The notes beneath the pieces were generated by a model. That model was not told the origin of the DNA, searched no databases, and was given only the letters and a program-made list of their open reading frames with translations. The translations under genes and the position numbers were made by a program. Below, in pieces: positions 1 to 11,631 of a DNA stretch of 64,000 nt. Source of the stretch: Cyanophora paradoxa CCMP329 (lineage: Eukaryota > Plantae > Glaucophyta); the NCBI GenBank assembly GCA_004431415.1, contig QPMI01000039.1:248001-312000 (forward strand). Direction: 5' to 3'. Each line of letters opens with the position of its first letter. Position 1 is the first letter of the stretch.

Positions 1-1135
1 TCGCGCCCCCTGCCCCACCCGGGCTGCGGCCTCTGACGCGGCTGCCCGGCCGGCAGTTCTCGGAGAAGGTGAAGCACGCGCCCGGGGCGGACAAGAAGGC
101 GGCGCCGCACAGCAAGCCCATCGTCGTCACCCTCAGGTGCCTCTGAATTCGAACGTCGCTCTTCAAGATCATCGGCGTTTCTGACAAACACGCACGACAG
201 GAACGCGTGGCCGTTCACGTACTATGCCAACGACGCCCCGTGCGCTGCCCTACAAACGACGACTGCAGCTGCTTACTCGCCCTGACGGCCGGCGCCAACG
301 CGGCAGGCCGCGGGACGTTTTCGACGTGGCGAAGGCGATGGACGGCGACGTGGCCCTCCGCATGCTCGAGGAGCTCGCCAAGAAGAAAAAGGTCTGGAAT
401 ATTTCTGTACATGTGCTCTTCTTGCGAGTTTATATTGATCGCGAATCGATATCATCGCTCGATCTTGAGCGCTACAGATTGTGGCGGCCTTTGGCGTGCG
501 GGAGGCGTTCCCCGCCGACGAGACTGCGAAGACAGCCGACTCTTTCTACAACTTTGTGGTGCGCCACGAGTTCTATTCTCCAAAGAAAACAAGAATCGGC
601 GCTCACCGGTCCTCAACGCTGATCATTTGTCGCTGGCAGTGCTCGTCGCAGGGCAAGAATGGCGGCGCGGCGCAGGCGCAGGCGCAGGCCGGCCGCCTCG
701 TCCTCTACGCCCGCGTCCGGCCCGCCCGCCCGGCCCGCCGGCCCCGCAGTCCGATCCGCGGCCTGAGGGGGCGGGTCGGGCAGGGGCGGAGCGCGGGGAC
801 AGAGCAGACGGCCGAGCCCGACCTGCGCTCCTTCTTAATCCCTTCCAGTGCATTTCTCGACTTCGTGAGCGATCGCGAGTTTTGCAGCGCAAGCGCCTCG
901 CGATCGTCCGGAAACTCTGCCGGGGGCGCAGGGCACGGACCTGATCCGGCGGCTGGAGGTCCCCCCGCCCCTCAGCATTTTCGACACCTCGTTCTACCTC
1001 GTGTTGGCGAGCAGCAAGGACTTCCGCCGTGTGTGCAAAAAGGTGTGTAAATGCGCATGCGTACCACGCCTCCTACGAATACTCCACCATGGCCGGGGCT
1101 GACGTAAATTCGAAGCTGATCATTAATATTGTATA

Positions 1136-1141
1136 CGTATT
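1136..1141 (+). repeat. 6-bp target site duplication CGTATT (partner 57782-57787)
   Basis: Directly abuts both TIRs; 6-bp TSDs are typical of Polinton integrases. Confidence 0.93.
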
Positions 1142-1682
1142 AAAAAATGAGAGAGAGCCCACCGCGGTGGCCCACCCCTCTCCACCACCCCCATCCCCTC
1201 ACCCCCTCGCTTACTGCACCAGCCCTAGCGTCCACCCCACTCTCCCTTCAACCCCGCTCTCTCGTTACGTCTACCCCGCTCTCTTGTTACGTCTGCCGGC
1301 CTTTTCCCTAGGTCAAAGCCTAGCAATAGCTCATGTCTATTCAAGACAGTGCTATCAAGTAGAAGAGACGAAGAGGAGCGCGGCCCCCCTTGAGCGCGGT
1401 CTGCAGAGCAACGGGACAGAATAGGCTAGACGATATTAATGTGTACAGAGAAGCTAACTGAGGAAACACGTTCAGCGCTAGCTAGGCGATAATGATGTGT
1501 ACAGCGAAGCTAACTGAGGAAACGGGTTCAGCACTAGCTGGGCGTGTTTACAGTCTGGAGCGAACGTGAGACACAGCGCGGGCGAGCTCTATCTAGGCGC
1601 TTGGCGCAGCGTCGCTGCTTGTCTGCGACCAGGGGCAACCTCCCAAGCGGTAGGGGCCCCCAGAGCGGTCTGGTGCGGCCTC
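1142..1682 (+). repeat. Left terminal inverted repeat of the Polinton (541 bp)
   Basis: Reverse complement of 57239-57781 except for a 2-nt difference in a G run; begins AAAAAATGAGAGAGAGCCC; contains an internal ~57-bp direct repeat (GTGTACAGNGAAGCTAACTGAGGAAAC) at ~1440-1550. Confidence 0.96.
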
Positions 1683-1815
1683 GTGGAGAATAAGCTAGGT
1701 TTACACAGCCTCCTCGTCGCCAGTCTCCTTCTCGCCCTGCAGCTGCTGGCTCTCAGCTGCAGCCGCAGCAGCCGGCTTGGCGGCATCATAGTGTTCATGC
1801 TGCGAGTGCTATATA

Positions 1816-2595
1816 TCAATTGCAAAGATCATCGATCGAATCAAAGCAAGTTGTACGCACAAGCCTTGCTATGGTTTTGTATGCGTTGCTATAGTCAGCC
1901 CACACCTGCTTATTTGAAGCAAATTCCGCCGTGGAGTCACGCGACAACTGCGAAATCAGCAGTGAGCTCGAGATGGTGCACGGTCTAAATCTAGAGCGAC
2001 GTACCATCAAATCACGGAGAAAGTTGGAGAGAAAGTGAAGCTGCTGCGATGGGAAGTCGTGATTCACACGAACAGCGCAAGCTGCAGCTGCAATCAACTC
2101 CTTGACTTCGGCCGCAATGCGATCGCATTCATCGTGTTGCTCCCGTTCAGCGAGCTTTGCTTTCATGTCCGCGAGCTCCTTGCGGAGAGCATCGACATCG
2201 TCCGCCTCGCGCGCCCGCTTCATGGCACTGGCAGCTGCTGCGCATGCGCCACGTGCACGCGCAGGAGGCGACGCACCAGCCGCATGCGCCGCACCAACTG
2301 TCGCATCGATATCGGGAAGCTTCTCCGGGTCGAAGCAGGGAGGAGCCAGCACGTTCTTTGAGGGTGTCTGCTCCATGGATCTGTCGCGCGCCTGCTGTGC
2401 ACGGTCGAAGGCCTGCTGTGCGCGTTCGTACGCCTTGCGCTTGCTGTCTTTCTCCCACGGTTTCGCTCGCCTCCAGTTGCACTTGGCGTTCTTGCAGATC
2501 CGTCTTAGCTCTGACAGCGCAGGACCGTCGCGCAGATCTCTCCTAAATTTCCAGCCCTCAGTCCGCTCAGCGCCTGGCACTGCTAGTGACAGCAT
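1816..2595 (-). CDS. Hypothetical Polinton protein (coiled-coil rich)
   Basis: 259-aa ATG ORF next to the left TIR, divergent from 3039; no recognisable motif. Confidence 0.6.
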   Translation of the reverse strand: MLSLAVPGAERTEGWKFRRDLRDGPALSELRRICKNAKCNWRRAKPWEKDSKRKAYERAQQAFDRAQQARDRSMEQTPSKNVLAPPCFDPEKLPDIDATVGAAHAAGASPPARARGACAAAASAMKRAREADDVDALRKELADMKAKLAEREQHDECDRIAAEVKELIAAAACAVRVNHDFPSQQLHFLSNFLRDLMVRRSRFRPCTISSSLLISQLSRDSTAEFASNKQVWADYSNAYKTIARLVRTTCFDSIDDLCN

Positions 2596-2762
2596 AGTGC
2601 ACTGCGGGCAGAACGGCGGCTTTTTAAGCTAGGAAGGTTCGAAGCTTCCGAGGCTTCCAACGAAAAAACTGCCAAAGTTCCAGGAAGCTTCTGACAAAAA
2701 AGACAGAACGTCACGTGTCACGTTGCGGCCCCGTCAATTGCAATTGCAAGCTGAAGCTTATA

Positions 2763-2860
2763 CGCCGTCAGCGCACCAATCCGGTCGAGCGCCGTCAGCG
2801 CACCAATCCGCTCGTGCCGCTCGAGTCGTGCGCCGTCGCCGTACGCGTCAGCGCACCAAT
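2763..2860. promoter_or_regulatory. Three copies of GTCAGCGCACCAAT in a divergent intergenic region (CCAAT-box-like)
   Basis: Repeats visible between divergent ORFs 2595(-) and 3039(+); regulatory role is inferred. Confidence 0.4.
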
Positions 2861-3038
2861 GAATTGCGTGTCGTCCTCCATCATGGCATAAAGAGATCAG
2901 CGCCCTAGCTAGCATTGTCTAGTAACGGACTCCACCGTGCCACCCTGCAGCCTGCAGCCTAGCCTTGAAGCCAGCGTACTAGCTATAGGCTGACTTCGTA
3001 CAGCCTGGCAGTAAGCTAGTAACTCACTGATATCGATA

Positions 3039-4022
3039 TTGATGCCGCGGTCTAACGATCAATCCGCGCACCGGCGTGCGGTCAAGGAGGCTCTGAAGCA
3101 TCTGTGCACGACAGCACTGGAGCGCCACGTCATCAGCCAGCGTGACTATGCATACTTTGAAACGTTTTTCGGCAGCAACTCGAGGAAGAGCCTCAATCTG
3201 ATTAACATGTGTTTGTTTTCTCTTCACCGAATCATGCGTGATGCAAACCAGCAGTACGCGCAAATGATGGAGATTGCCGGTTCGTCGCCGGAGCAAGCCC
3301 AGCTGCGCGCTGACATCGAACGGGCCTTTCAAAGGGTTGAGGAAGCAGATCTGACGGCCTTTTCGCTGGCTACTATTAAAATGTTCGGACAACAGGCCGA
3401 TTCGATTTGCCCAATTCCAGACGTTGAAGAGTCAATCGCTGACGCGTCAGAGACGCCCAGCACACGTGGCAGCACCGTGCTCGGTGATGACGTGGACAAT
3501 GATATCGATGAAAATGTACCGGACGCGGACGGTGCACGTGATCACGACGTGGACGCTGAGCCACAAGTCGCCGCCGATCGCGAGGATTCGAATTCAGTTG
3601 ATCGTGAGCGCGGTGCACGTGACGCCGATTCAGAGTCCGTTGCTAGTACTAGCGCTGCTAGCTCTGCGGCTGACGATTCAGATCCAGTGGTTGACGGCTC
3701 CGTTCCGGGAGGGCTCGGGGACTGGAGGGAGCGAAACAACTCGGCTAGCTATAGAGACGGCGCCGGAGCCGACCGCCGCGAGAGAGCTCAGCGGCCTCGC
3801 CGGCAGTTGACCCCTGAGGAGCGCGCTGCACGGCTTCTGAAGCGAAAGCGCAAGGCACAGCATGTGCTCTGCGGCAAGCTCAAGGACGCCGCGGTCAGAG
3901 TGGCTGTGGTGGGCATTGCACGTGAGGGCGGCGGCCACTATTTCACAGAGCTCGTCCCTACGGCAGAGCAGTTCGCGGCATGGTCACGAATCGTCAACAC
4001 GATCATGCTTGCCAGCGCGTAA
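3039..4022 (+). CDS. Hypothetical Polinton protein with acidic linker and basic NLS-like stretch
   Basis: 327-aa ORF; D/E/S-rich middle; LLKRKRK motif. Confidence 0.65.
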   Translation: MMPRSNDQSAHRRAVKEALKHLCTTALERHVISQRDYAYFETFFGSNSRKSLNLINMCLFSLHRIMRDANQQYAQMMEIAGSSPEQAQLRADIERAFQRVEEADLTAFSLATIKMFGQQADSICPIPDVEESIADASETPSTRGSTVLGDDVDNDIDENVPDADGARDHDVDAEPQVAADREDSNSVDRERGARDADSESVASTSAASSAADDSDPVVDGSVPGGLGDWRERNNSASYRDGAGADRRERAQRPRRQLTPEERAARLLKRKRKAQHVLCGKLKDAAVRVAVVGIAREGGGHYFTELVPTAEQFAAWSRIVNTIMLASA

Positions 4023-4682
4023 GCGTGACAGCTAGCCGCACGGCTCTAGGCACAGTCACAGGCAAGCCGAAGACCAAGCCGGAGACCAAGCCGTCAAGCT
4101 CACGCCGGCTAGGGTGAACGTCTCGGGGCAAAACGTTCAAAAGCTCGGAACTGCTGCGGCGCCCAGCGCTGGAGGCTTGTTTTATCGTGCTTCCGCATCA
4201 TACTCAGCATGCGTACGCTTTGGCCGGCGCCCTGTGCGCTTCTGTGATGAGGTCAAGCCGCCATACATTTTAGTCGTCAAACCCGACGATTAAGAATCTC
4301 AGCAACGCTGCTGCGCCTGAACACGATCGCTGCGGATTTCGTACTTATAGATCATAAAACTGTAGCATACTTAGCGGCTTGGTCCAATTCGATCTCAGTC
4401 GCGAGGAACCGTGGTTTACGGGGTCAAAACGTCATGCCTTCTAAGACTGCTTACTGTAGTGTTATAAGCGCTACTAGAATTCGAATTTAAATGCATTTGC
4501 GTATGCTTTTACATCGCTGCGGCAAGAGCGCCAACTCAGCTATCAGTTTTCCAAGCAGCACCAGCTGCGATCTACCACACAATGTGCCTCAGTGACATGT
4601 TATAAAGGAATCGCACCGCCCTATAGGAACGAGCGGTTGGTTGCGCGCTTTCTCTGAAAATCTTTTGGAGCGCTATTGTTAA

Positions 4683-7600
4683 ATGGAGCGACGGTTTGAG
4701 ATCGCGCGGCTCAAAGAGCAGATAGCAGGCCAGGCCGAGGTTTTGTACAATCGCAGGTTTATTCATGGACAATTTAGAAACAAACTGCAGCGCATCAGTG
4801 CGAGTGGCTCACGCACGCGACTGCCGACACTACAAAAATACGCATCACTTTTGAACGAGCTGTCAACAGTACCGAGGCCGCCGAGACCAGTTGCAGCTGC
4901 ACGGCTAGAGCTTGCTATTGCTGAGGGATTGTAGCAGGATTTTCAGAGCTGCCCGATCCGAGCGTGAGCGAGTTCAGCGAAACTGAAATTGCAGAGGAGG
5001 ACGGCACAGTGACGACACGTACAGCGCTGAACGGGACATACGCTGACTGGGAGTACCGGCCCTCACGTGGAACAGGCCGAGTCACGTCGATGCAGGCGCA
5101 GCTCGAAAATAATGCGAGGTTCAGAGCAGGCGCAGTGGCATTTGCGAGCGTGCAGCAAGAATTAGCAAGTCAGGATCGAATGGGCATAGCTTTGCAGGTC
5201 TCAGGAGTCGGACTCTATCGCAAGCCTAACGAGGACTCAGCGCTTGCAGTAGTCATTGAGCACAGGAAATTTTACCGCATACTCCCAGGGTCAGACATTG
5301 TTGAGGCGATCCGCTCACAGCTGGAGGAGCTAGATACTATTGCGCAGGAAAAGAGCCGTGATTCTTCCGCCTTCGAGACGTGGATTAAGCTACGCTTTAC
5401 CGCGATTAGATACTTCAGGCGTATGGGTGGCCGCGGACGCGGGTTTGTACTTCCGAGCTGGCTTGCACTGAAGCAGGCCTTGATCAATATCAATGCACCA
5501 AACAACGAGTGCTTTAAATATGCTGTCCTCGCAGCGCGCAATCCGCTGGCCCCAGGGGTGGATTCGAGGCATGCAGGAAGCTATCGGCAGCACGAGGCAT
5601 CGCTAGATTGTACGATGCTCACGTATCCGACGCCACTCGATTCGAAAATGTTCAGCAAATTTGAGTGTGCGAATAATGTTAAGCTCTGCGTCTACACGAC
5701 TGCGCTAGACAAGCAAGACGTCATTCCAATCCACATAAGCGCAGCAACGGATGCTATACCCATACTGTACGTGCCAGCAGGCGACGGGAATGATGTGGGA
5801 CATTATTTGTGGATAAAGAACATATCGCGCCTGTTTGGAAAGCATGGGTCGAATGCGAAGCACTATTGCTTGGCCTGCCAGTGCGGCTTTGGCTCAGACG
5901 AGGCCTTTCAAAATCATCTTAAATACGACCGGTGCCTTGATCGAGATGAGCACGCAAGGGATGTGCTTCCGAAAAAGGGCGAGCACTTCATAAAATTCAA
6001 CAGCTTCGAGAAGACGATTCGGCAAAGGCTTGTTGGATATGCTGACTCGGAAACAATGACTCTACCTGTTTTGCAGACCGAGAGTCCAGCAAAGACGAAG
6101 CAGCTAGGAGTCCACGCGATAGCTTCGATCGGCTGCTTAGTCGTAGTAAACAAGGGACAAAATCAAGGGACGAATGCAACTGCAGACAGCGTTGAAAATT
6201 CAGAGCCGAGGCGACAGGAGCATTTTTGGTTCTCGCATATGGGCAGCCCAACTGAGGAGTCTGCAGAGGCATTTATTGCTTGGCTCGATGAAAAGGAGCC
6301 GCAGTTTAAGGGAATTTTGGAGGAGGAAGCGCCGATGCAGATTACGCAGGCGCAAGAGCGCTCCTTTCAGGCAGCAGAAACGTGCTATATGTGTGGAAGC
6401 GAGTTCAAAGGAGGCAAAGATAAACATCGAGATCATTGCCACGACTCTGGGCAGTACCTTGGAGCGGCATGCAGGGCCTGCAATAGGCGACGAGCAAAAG
6501 CTGCCGCCGTGCCAATCTTCTTTCACAATGGCCGAGGATTTGACTTTCACCTATTAGTGAGGGCTCTGGCAGCGGGCTATAACCGGCGGAAAGTCGCCGA
6601 AAATGCATTCAGAGCCGAGGTTGAGCGCCAGTTTCAAGCCAAATACGCAGGGCGTGAGCTGAGCGCAGATCATGCGAAAAATGCAAGGAAGCGGCTTGAG
6701 CGCACACTACGTCCTCGTGAGTTACTGTCAACGAAGTTTGACCAGGTGTTTCAGAACAGCGAGCGCATTTCACAGTTCACATACGGCATTTACGTTTTCC
6801 GTGACTCTGCTCAGCACCTGCAGGGCAGTCTCGATAGCCTTGCGGCTGCAGTACCTGATGAGAAAAAGAAAATCACGCGTGCACTGCATGAGGATGAGAC
6901 ACGGTTCAAACTGATGACGCGCAAGGGTGTCTATCCATACAAGTACATTACTGGCTGGGATCGTCTTGCAGAGACATCACTACCAGGGCGCCGCCAATTT
7001 TACAACGAGCTAAAGCAGTCGAAGTGCTCTCGGGATGATTATGCCCACGCTCAGTCGGTCTGGCGTGAGCTTGGTTGCAGGACAATGGCTGATTATACAA
7101 TGGAGTACATGAAGACAGACATAGCTTTACTAGCAGACGTCTTTGAAAACTACCGGGACACGTGTATGGAGACGTACAAGCTGGACCCCAGCTACTTTAT
7201 GAGCATTCCTGGGTTCTCATGGCAAGCAGCTTTGAAACACACTGGCCAGCAACTGGAGCTGTTTCACGAAGGACAGGAGGATATGCACCGCTTTATTGAG
7301 AAAGGGATTCGGGGAGGAATCAGCATGATATCAACACGCTATGCGGCAGCAAACAACTGCTTTTTGAGCTCGTTCGATGCATCGAAACCTAAGTCATGGC
7401 TATTATATCTCGACGCAAACAATTTGTACGGTTTGGCAATGAAACAGAAACTTCCTACAGGAGGGTTTTGCTGGGTGAAGCTGCAGGAGGGAGTCGACCC
7501 TGGTCAGTATATTAGCGAGCTTGATGCAAACGGTCCACGAGGGTTCGCTCTGGAGGTTGACATGCATTGTCCTGAAGAGCTGCACGAGTATTTCAGCGAT

Positions 7601-8719
7601 TATCCGCTAGCTCCCGAGCGCATGTGCATTGCAAAAGAGCACCTATCGGCAACGCAGCAAGCATCAATTGAAAACGAAAAACTAAGCGGGATCGAGAGAA
7701 CGCCAAAGCTAGTTCCAAACTTGCTGCCGAAGAAGAATTACGTAGTGGATGCACGAGTGCTGCAGTTTTATGTGTCGATGGGGATGGTTGTTTCTAAAAT
7801 ACACAGAGTGCTTTCGTTCGAGCAAAGTGCATGGCTTGAGAGCTATATCGATTTGAACACTCTGAAGCGAAAGCAGGCGGAATTCCCGTATGAAAAAGAT
7901 CTCTACAAGCTACTAAATAATGCGGTATTTGGGAAAACGATGGAGAACGTGCGCAAGCACTGCAATTCCGAGCTTGTGACATCAGGAGAACGACTAGCGA
8001 AAATCAACACAGAGCCAAATCGCTTGAGACAGGTCGCTGTCTATGACGAGAACTTGGTGTACGTAAATAAGCGAAAGAGCGAATACACACTCAACAAACC
8101 GATCTACTGCGGGTTCGCAATCCTTGATTTGTCAAAGCTGCACATGTATCGGTTTTACTACCAGGTGCTCAAACCGCTCTGGGGCCAGCGGCTTAAGCTA
8201 CTTGGAACAGATACAGACAGTCTCATAATTCAGATTGAGACCGAAAATTTATACGAGGACCTTCGCAAAATCAAATGCGAGCTAGATGTCAGTGAATACC
8301 CTACGAGTCACCCGTTCTTCGAGGGGATGCCAGCAGCTGAAGTGCAGCGACTACGATCGATGGGCAAGGTTCCCGGGCTGTTCAAGGACGAGTGTGGCGG
8401 CAGGCAAATGCTTGAGTGGATCGCGAACCGACCGAAATCGTACTATATGAGCACAGAGGAATCAGAAGTGCACAAGTGCAAGGGCGTTAACAAGACGTTC
8501 AGCAGCTCGCTGACACGAGAGCGATACTACGACTGCATCTTTGGGGGCAAATCATGCAACGTAGAGGGGATTCTCGGCTTCAGATCGAAGCAGCACCAGA
8601 TCTGGCTACAGCGGACATCAAAGCAAGCCCTGCACCCGCTTGATACCAAGCGATTCCTGTGCGAGGATGGTGTGAACACCAGGGCGATAGGTCACTTTAA
8701 AAATCTTTCAAATAACTAA
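4683..8719 (+). CDS. polB: Protein-primed family B DNA polymerase (pPolB) with putative terminal-protein and vOTU-like N-terminal domains and an Endonuclease VII-like insert; apparent 1-bp frameshift at ~4926
   Basis: Exo motifs YADSET, FHNGRGFD, YMKTD; Pol motifs YLDANNLYG, KLLNNAVFGK, GTDTDS; EndoVII-like CYMC..DHCH..GAACRACN; NNECFKY...GHY. Adding one G to the GGG run at 4925-4927 fuses ORF 4683-4934 to ORF 4964-8719. Confidence 0.95.
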
Positions 8720-9648
8720 TGGCGCCCTCATTTAAAATTACTGCTCCACCAGGGGCATATCAAGTCGACATACTTTTCATAGGACGTTTTCGACTATTTG
8801 CAGCGATTGAGATTGCAACTCGATTCGCCGTTGTCAGAAAGCTTGAAGATGCTAAACAGATTCCGAAATTCATCGCTCAGCTGCCGGGGATCTGGGGTTT
8901 TTCGGGCGACAATGGCTTTAATACGGCTGCTGTGCGGGCAATGGCCGAAGAGAATTCATTTTCGATGCACACTGACGTCGCTAAGGATGATCACATATCG
9001 AAAGGCGACAAGCTAGGCATCATCGATCGATTCGCACGGACATTGCGAGCCCTGATTCAGGCAGACACAGAGGAACGAGGGTCGCCGAATTTTCTCTCCC
9101 GGCTGCCTGCTTTGATCAAGGCATACAATCAAACAAAACACAGCTCTTTTGGCAGAGAGTATTCACCAGCCTGGATGCGAGATCACCCGCAGGTCGCTGC
9201 CCAGCTGCACCAGGTGCGTCAACGACAGAACGACATTGAGAGAGACGCGTTGAATCTACCAAAGCCAGGGACTGAGGTGCAGATACTGGAGCCTAAGAGC
9301 AGCATCTTTGCAAAGGGAACTACGAAACGGAGCAAGGAGACGTACACAGTCGTGGGGCAGGACAGGAACCGAATAAGGGTCGCAACCAAAGAGGGACAGA
9401 TATTAAGCCGTAGAATCAAGCCTTCAGAAATTCGAGCCCCGAGACAGCTTCCGAATCAGTCAAAAATCGAACAAGCTGCGGCCAAGGCAAAGCAAGAGCG
9501 ACAGCTACGGCGCGAGGGTCTAATTGAAACGAAAAAATACAGCGGTCAGAGTCGGCAAGCTCGTGAGCTCAAGAAGCTAGAGGTTGCAGGGGAGCCTTCG
9601 CTGCGATTAGGCAGTAAGGTCGCTGGAAACTATGCCCGCCGCAATTAG
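8719..9648 (+). CDS. int: Retroviral-like (RVE) integrase
   Basis: YQVDIL...SGDNGF...IIDRFARTLR...YNQTKHSS core; SH3-like C-terminal part; ATG overlaps the pPolB stop (TAATG). Confidence 0.88.
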   Translation: MAPSFKITAPPGAYQVDILFIGRFRLFAAIEIATRFAVVRKLEDAKQIPKFIAQLPGIWGFSGDNGFNTAAVRAMAEENSFSMHTDVAKDDHISKGDKLGIIDRFARTLRALIQADTEERGSPNFLSRLPALIKAYNQTKHSSFGREYSPAWMRDHPQVAAQLHQVRQRQNDIERDALNLPKPGTEVQILEPKSSIFAKGTTKRSKETYTVVGQDRNRIRVATKEGQILSRRIKPSEIRAPRQLPNQSKIEQAAAKAKQERQLRREGLIETKKYSGQSRQARELKKLEVAGEPSLRLGSKVAGNYARRN

Positions 9649-9924
9649 CGACCTAATTTCAGTGCGCCTTCGCTCTCGGTATTTTCGGTCGTTGTCCAGT
9701 TTTCGTTCAGGGTGTGCAAGATTATATTGACGGGAGACAGCAATCTGCCGCTGCCGGTATTCTGGATTTTCATGGTATCGCTTTCGCTGCAGCTCTGCAC
9801 GTCTTTTGCGTCTCTCTGCAAGTATCTCTGGCGTAACCTCAGTACGTATGTGCACGGGCTTCTCGATATTCTTGCGAGGCCTGCCTCGTGGACGGGAAGC
9901 AGTCGTGAATTCAGCACTGTCCAT
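9607..9924 (-). CDS. Small basic protein with AT-hook-like motif (RPRGRPRK) and charged helix
   Basis: 105-aa ORF with upstream TATATA; resembles ORFs 21832 and 28738 of the nested AT-rich element. Confidence 0.7.
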   Translation of the reverse strand: MDSAEFTTASRPRGRPRKNIEKPVHIRTEVTPEILAERRKRRAELQRKRYHENPEYRQRQIAVSRQYNLAHPERKLDNDRKYRERRRTEIRSLIAAGIVSSDLTA

Positions 9925-10025
9925 TATGAGTGGGTCTGTGATTGATATATAGGAAAGAAATTCGAGAAACGTTTATGGCGCGTTCAAATCGAAAAAATAA
10001 ATCGTAGCGGTTTATATAAAGCAAA

Positions 10026-10292
10026 ATGCCAGGAACAATTCGATTTGGAAAGTACCGAGGAGAGACTCACCTTAAGGTAGTTTTAACCGATCCAAAATAT
10101 GCCGAATGGTTAATGTCTTGGGACCATCTCCGTGAATACGATAAAAGGGAATTGCAGCGGGCTTTTGAGATTTGTCAATTAGAAGATGCGACTCTGCATC
10201 AGCGACGTCCTACAGTTGAACTGCCTGATCTGCCGGACTTTACAGTCGAATCCTCCGGCCACCCATTGCATTCTTCATCTGAGAACTCGTAG
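10026..10292 (+). CDS. Small FGKYxG-motif protein (DUF3820/exonuclease X C-terminal-like)
   Basis: IRFGKYRGE...DPKYAEWL; TATATAAA just upstream of the ATG. Confidence 0.65.
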   Translation: MPGTIRFGKYRGETHLKVVLTDPKYAEWLMSWDHLREYDKRELQRAFEICQLEDATLHQRRPTVELPDLPDFTVESSGHPLHSSSENS

Positions 10293-10878
10293 TGTTGGAC
10301 TCAGACACATAGGGCGTAGCTGGCTTTACTTCGGCAGAGTCAAGCGATTGCTCAGCTTTGCCTTTTTCGTTTTTCAGATACCGCAAATCCGGCACGTCCA
10401 TGGGTCTGTGCTTAAACATCTCGCTTCGCAGCATCTCCCGAATTTTTGCGCGTTCTTGCTTCTCTTTTACATACGATTCGATATTAGCCGATCGAGCCTC
10501 GAGATCTCGCAATTTAGCTGTTAGTTCCTCGATCTGACTCTTTGACACCGTTGGCTGTCTAATCTTCGGTCCTGAATAACGCGATTCAGATGCCATTGCT
10601 TGTATAATTCTAGCAGCATCCTCATCGATATCGGACTGCATTTCGTTTACAGTTTTAGCCTGGGCGTGACGGTCATCGGTTGCACTGGCATTAGCAGCTG
10701 CGGAGGCGATCGTTTTAGCTACGGGTGCATTTAGGCGGGGGTCACTAGCTAGCTCACCGCTAGGATTAGCAACAGCTGCGCCTTCAGTCGAGCCACTTTC
10801 AATCAGTGGGGCGTTCGGCTCAGATATATTAACCTTGCGTCGTTCACGATAGCCCTTTTTAGGAATCCCGCGACTCAT
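10240..10878 (-). CDS. Hypothetical protein downstream of the packaging ATPase (possible virion core protein)
   Basis: 212-aa ORF with basic termini and a coiled coil; function inferred from position only. Confidence 0.6.
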   Translation of the reverse strand: MSRGIPKKGYRERRKVNISEPNAPLIESGSTEGAAVANPSGELASDPRLNAPVAKTIASAAANASATDDRHAQAKTVNEMQSDIDEDAARIIQAMASESRYSGPKIRQPTVSKSQIEELTAKLRDLEARSANIESYVKEKQERAKIREMLRSEMFKHRPMDVPDLRYLKNEKGKAEQSLDSAEVKPATPYVSESNTTSSQMKNAMGGRRIRL

Positions 10879-10887
10879 CTTATTTTC

Positions 10888-11631
10888 TTAAGCTAAGATT
10901 TTAAAACGCTTCTTTTTGGGATGAACAGGCGTTGAATTTTCTTTCTTAGGCTCTTCTTGTCTTAGCCATTTAGTAAAACGAAAGCTCTTATCTTCAACAG
11001 CTTTATCAACGTACCAGGCCGTATCATACTTAGTTCCATCCAGGACTAGGCACTGATAATCATGCGCCCAAGTCTCGAACAAGGCGATGAACTTATCTTT
11101 TGGGAGATGACTGAACTCTCTATAGATCGCCTCGAGCTCGGTATGATTAGAATAACTAAAGAAAAAGCAGTAATCGCTGTTTGATCTTATAGATTGACTA
11201 AGAGCTGTTAGCTTTTGCGTCATAAGAATCGTACTTATATTAAAATGGCGGCCCTGCGTAAAAAGTCGATTTACAGCCTTGCTGTTTCGCAGATCAACAG
11301 TTTCAGAGGCGGCAACTAGATCGTCCAATACAAGCAATATCTGCGGTGCTTTCTCTTTGTTTTCGATCAGCTTTCGCTGTGAATCAATGATTTCTGCAAC
11401 TATGGCGGGTTGAAAATCGTCGTAAAGCTCTTTAGTTATTGCAGAGTATTCACCATTGAATTTGGTGGCAGTGAAAACGACGACTCGGTTGATCTTTGAA
11501 TACAGCAGTCGAAGCAGATGCTTTGTGCAATAGAACGATTTGCCGCTATTGGACTTCGATATAAATAGGGCTTTGAAAGGGACCCTCATGTCTCCCGGCT
11601 GGAACTGTGCGAGCTCTTGAGACTGATCCAT
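10888..11631 (-). CDS. A32-like (FtsK/HerA) DNA packaging ATPase
   Basis: Walker A SKSNSGKS, Walker B LLVLDD, QGRHFNIS..MTQ, IRSNSDY; likely start MDQSQ. Confidence 0.92.
   Translation of the reverse strand: MDQSQELAQFQPGDMRVPFKALFISKSNSGKSFYCTKHLLRLLYSKINRVVVFTATKFNGEYSAITKELYDDFQPAIVAEIIDSQRKLIENKEKAPQILLVLDDLVAASETVDLRNSKAVNRLFTQGRHFNISTILMTQKLTALSQSIRSNSDYCFFFSYSNHTELEAIYREFSHLPKDKFIALFETWAHDYQCLVLDGTKYDTAWYVDKAVEDKSFRFTKWLRQEEPKKENSTPVHPKKKRFKILA

Noticed and set aside
207-1050. Long overlapping ORFs in the host flanks (also 57612-60840)
   Set aside because: Expected in very GC-rich DNA; low complexity and no recognisable domains; true exon structure could not be resolved by eye
1566-1825. 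ORFs overlapping the TIR (also 57129-57379 and 57499-57756)
   Set aside because: They run across the TIR boundary with different partners at each end; no protein-like signal
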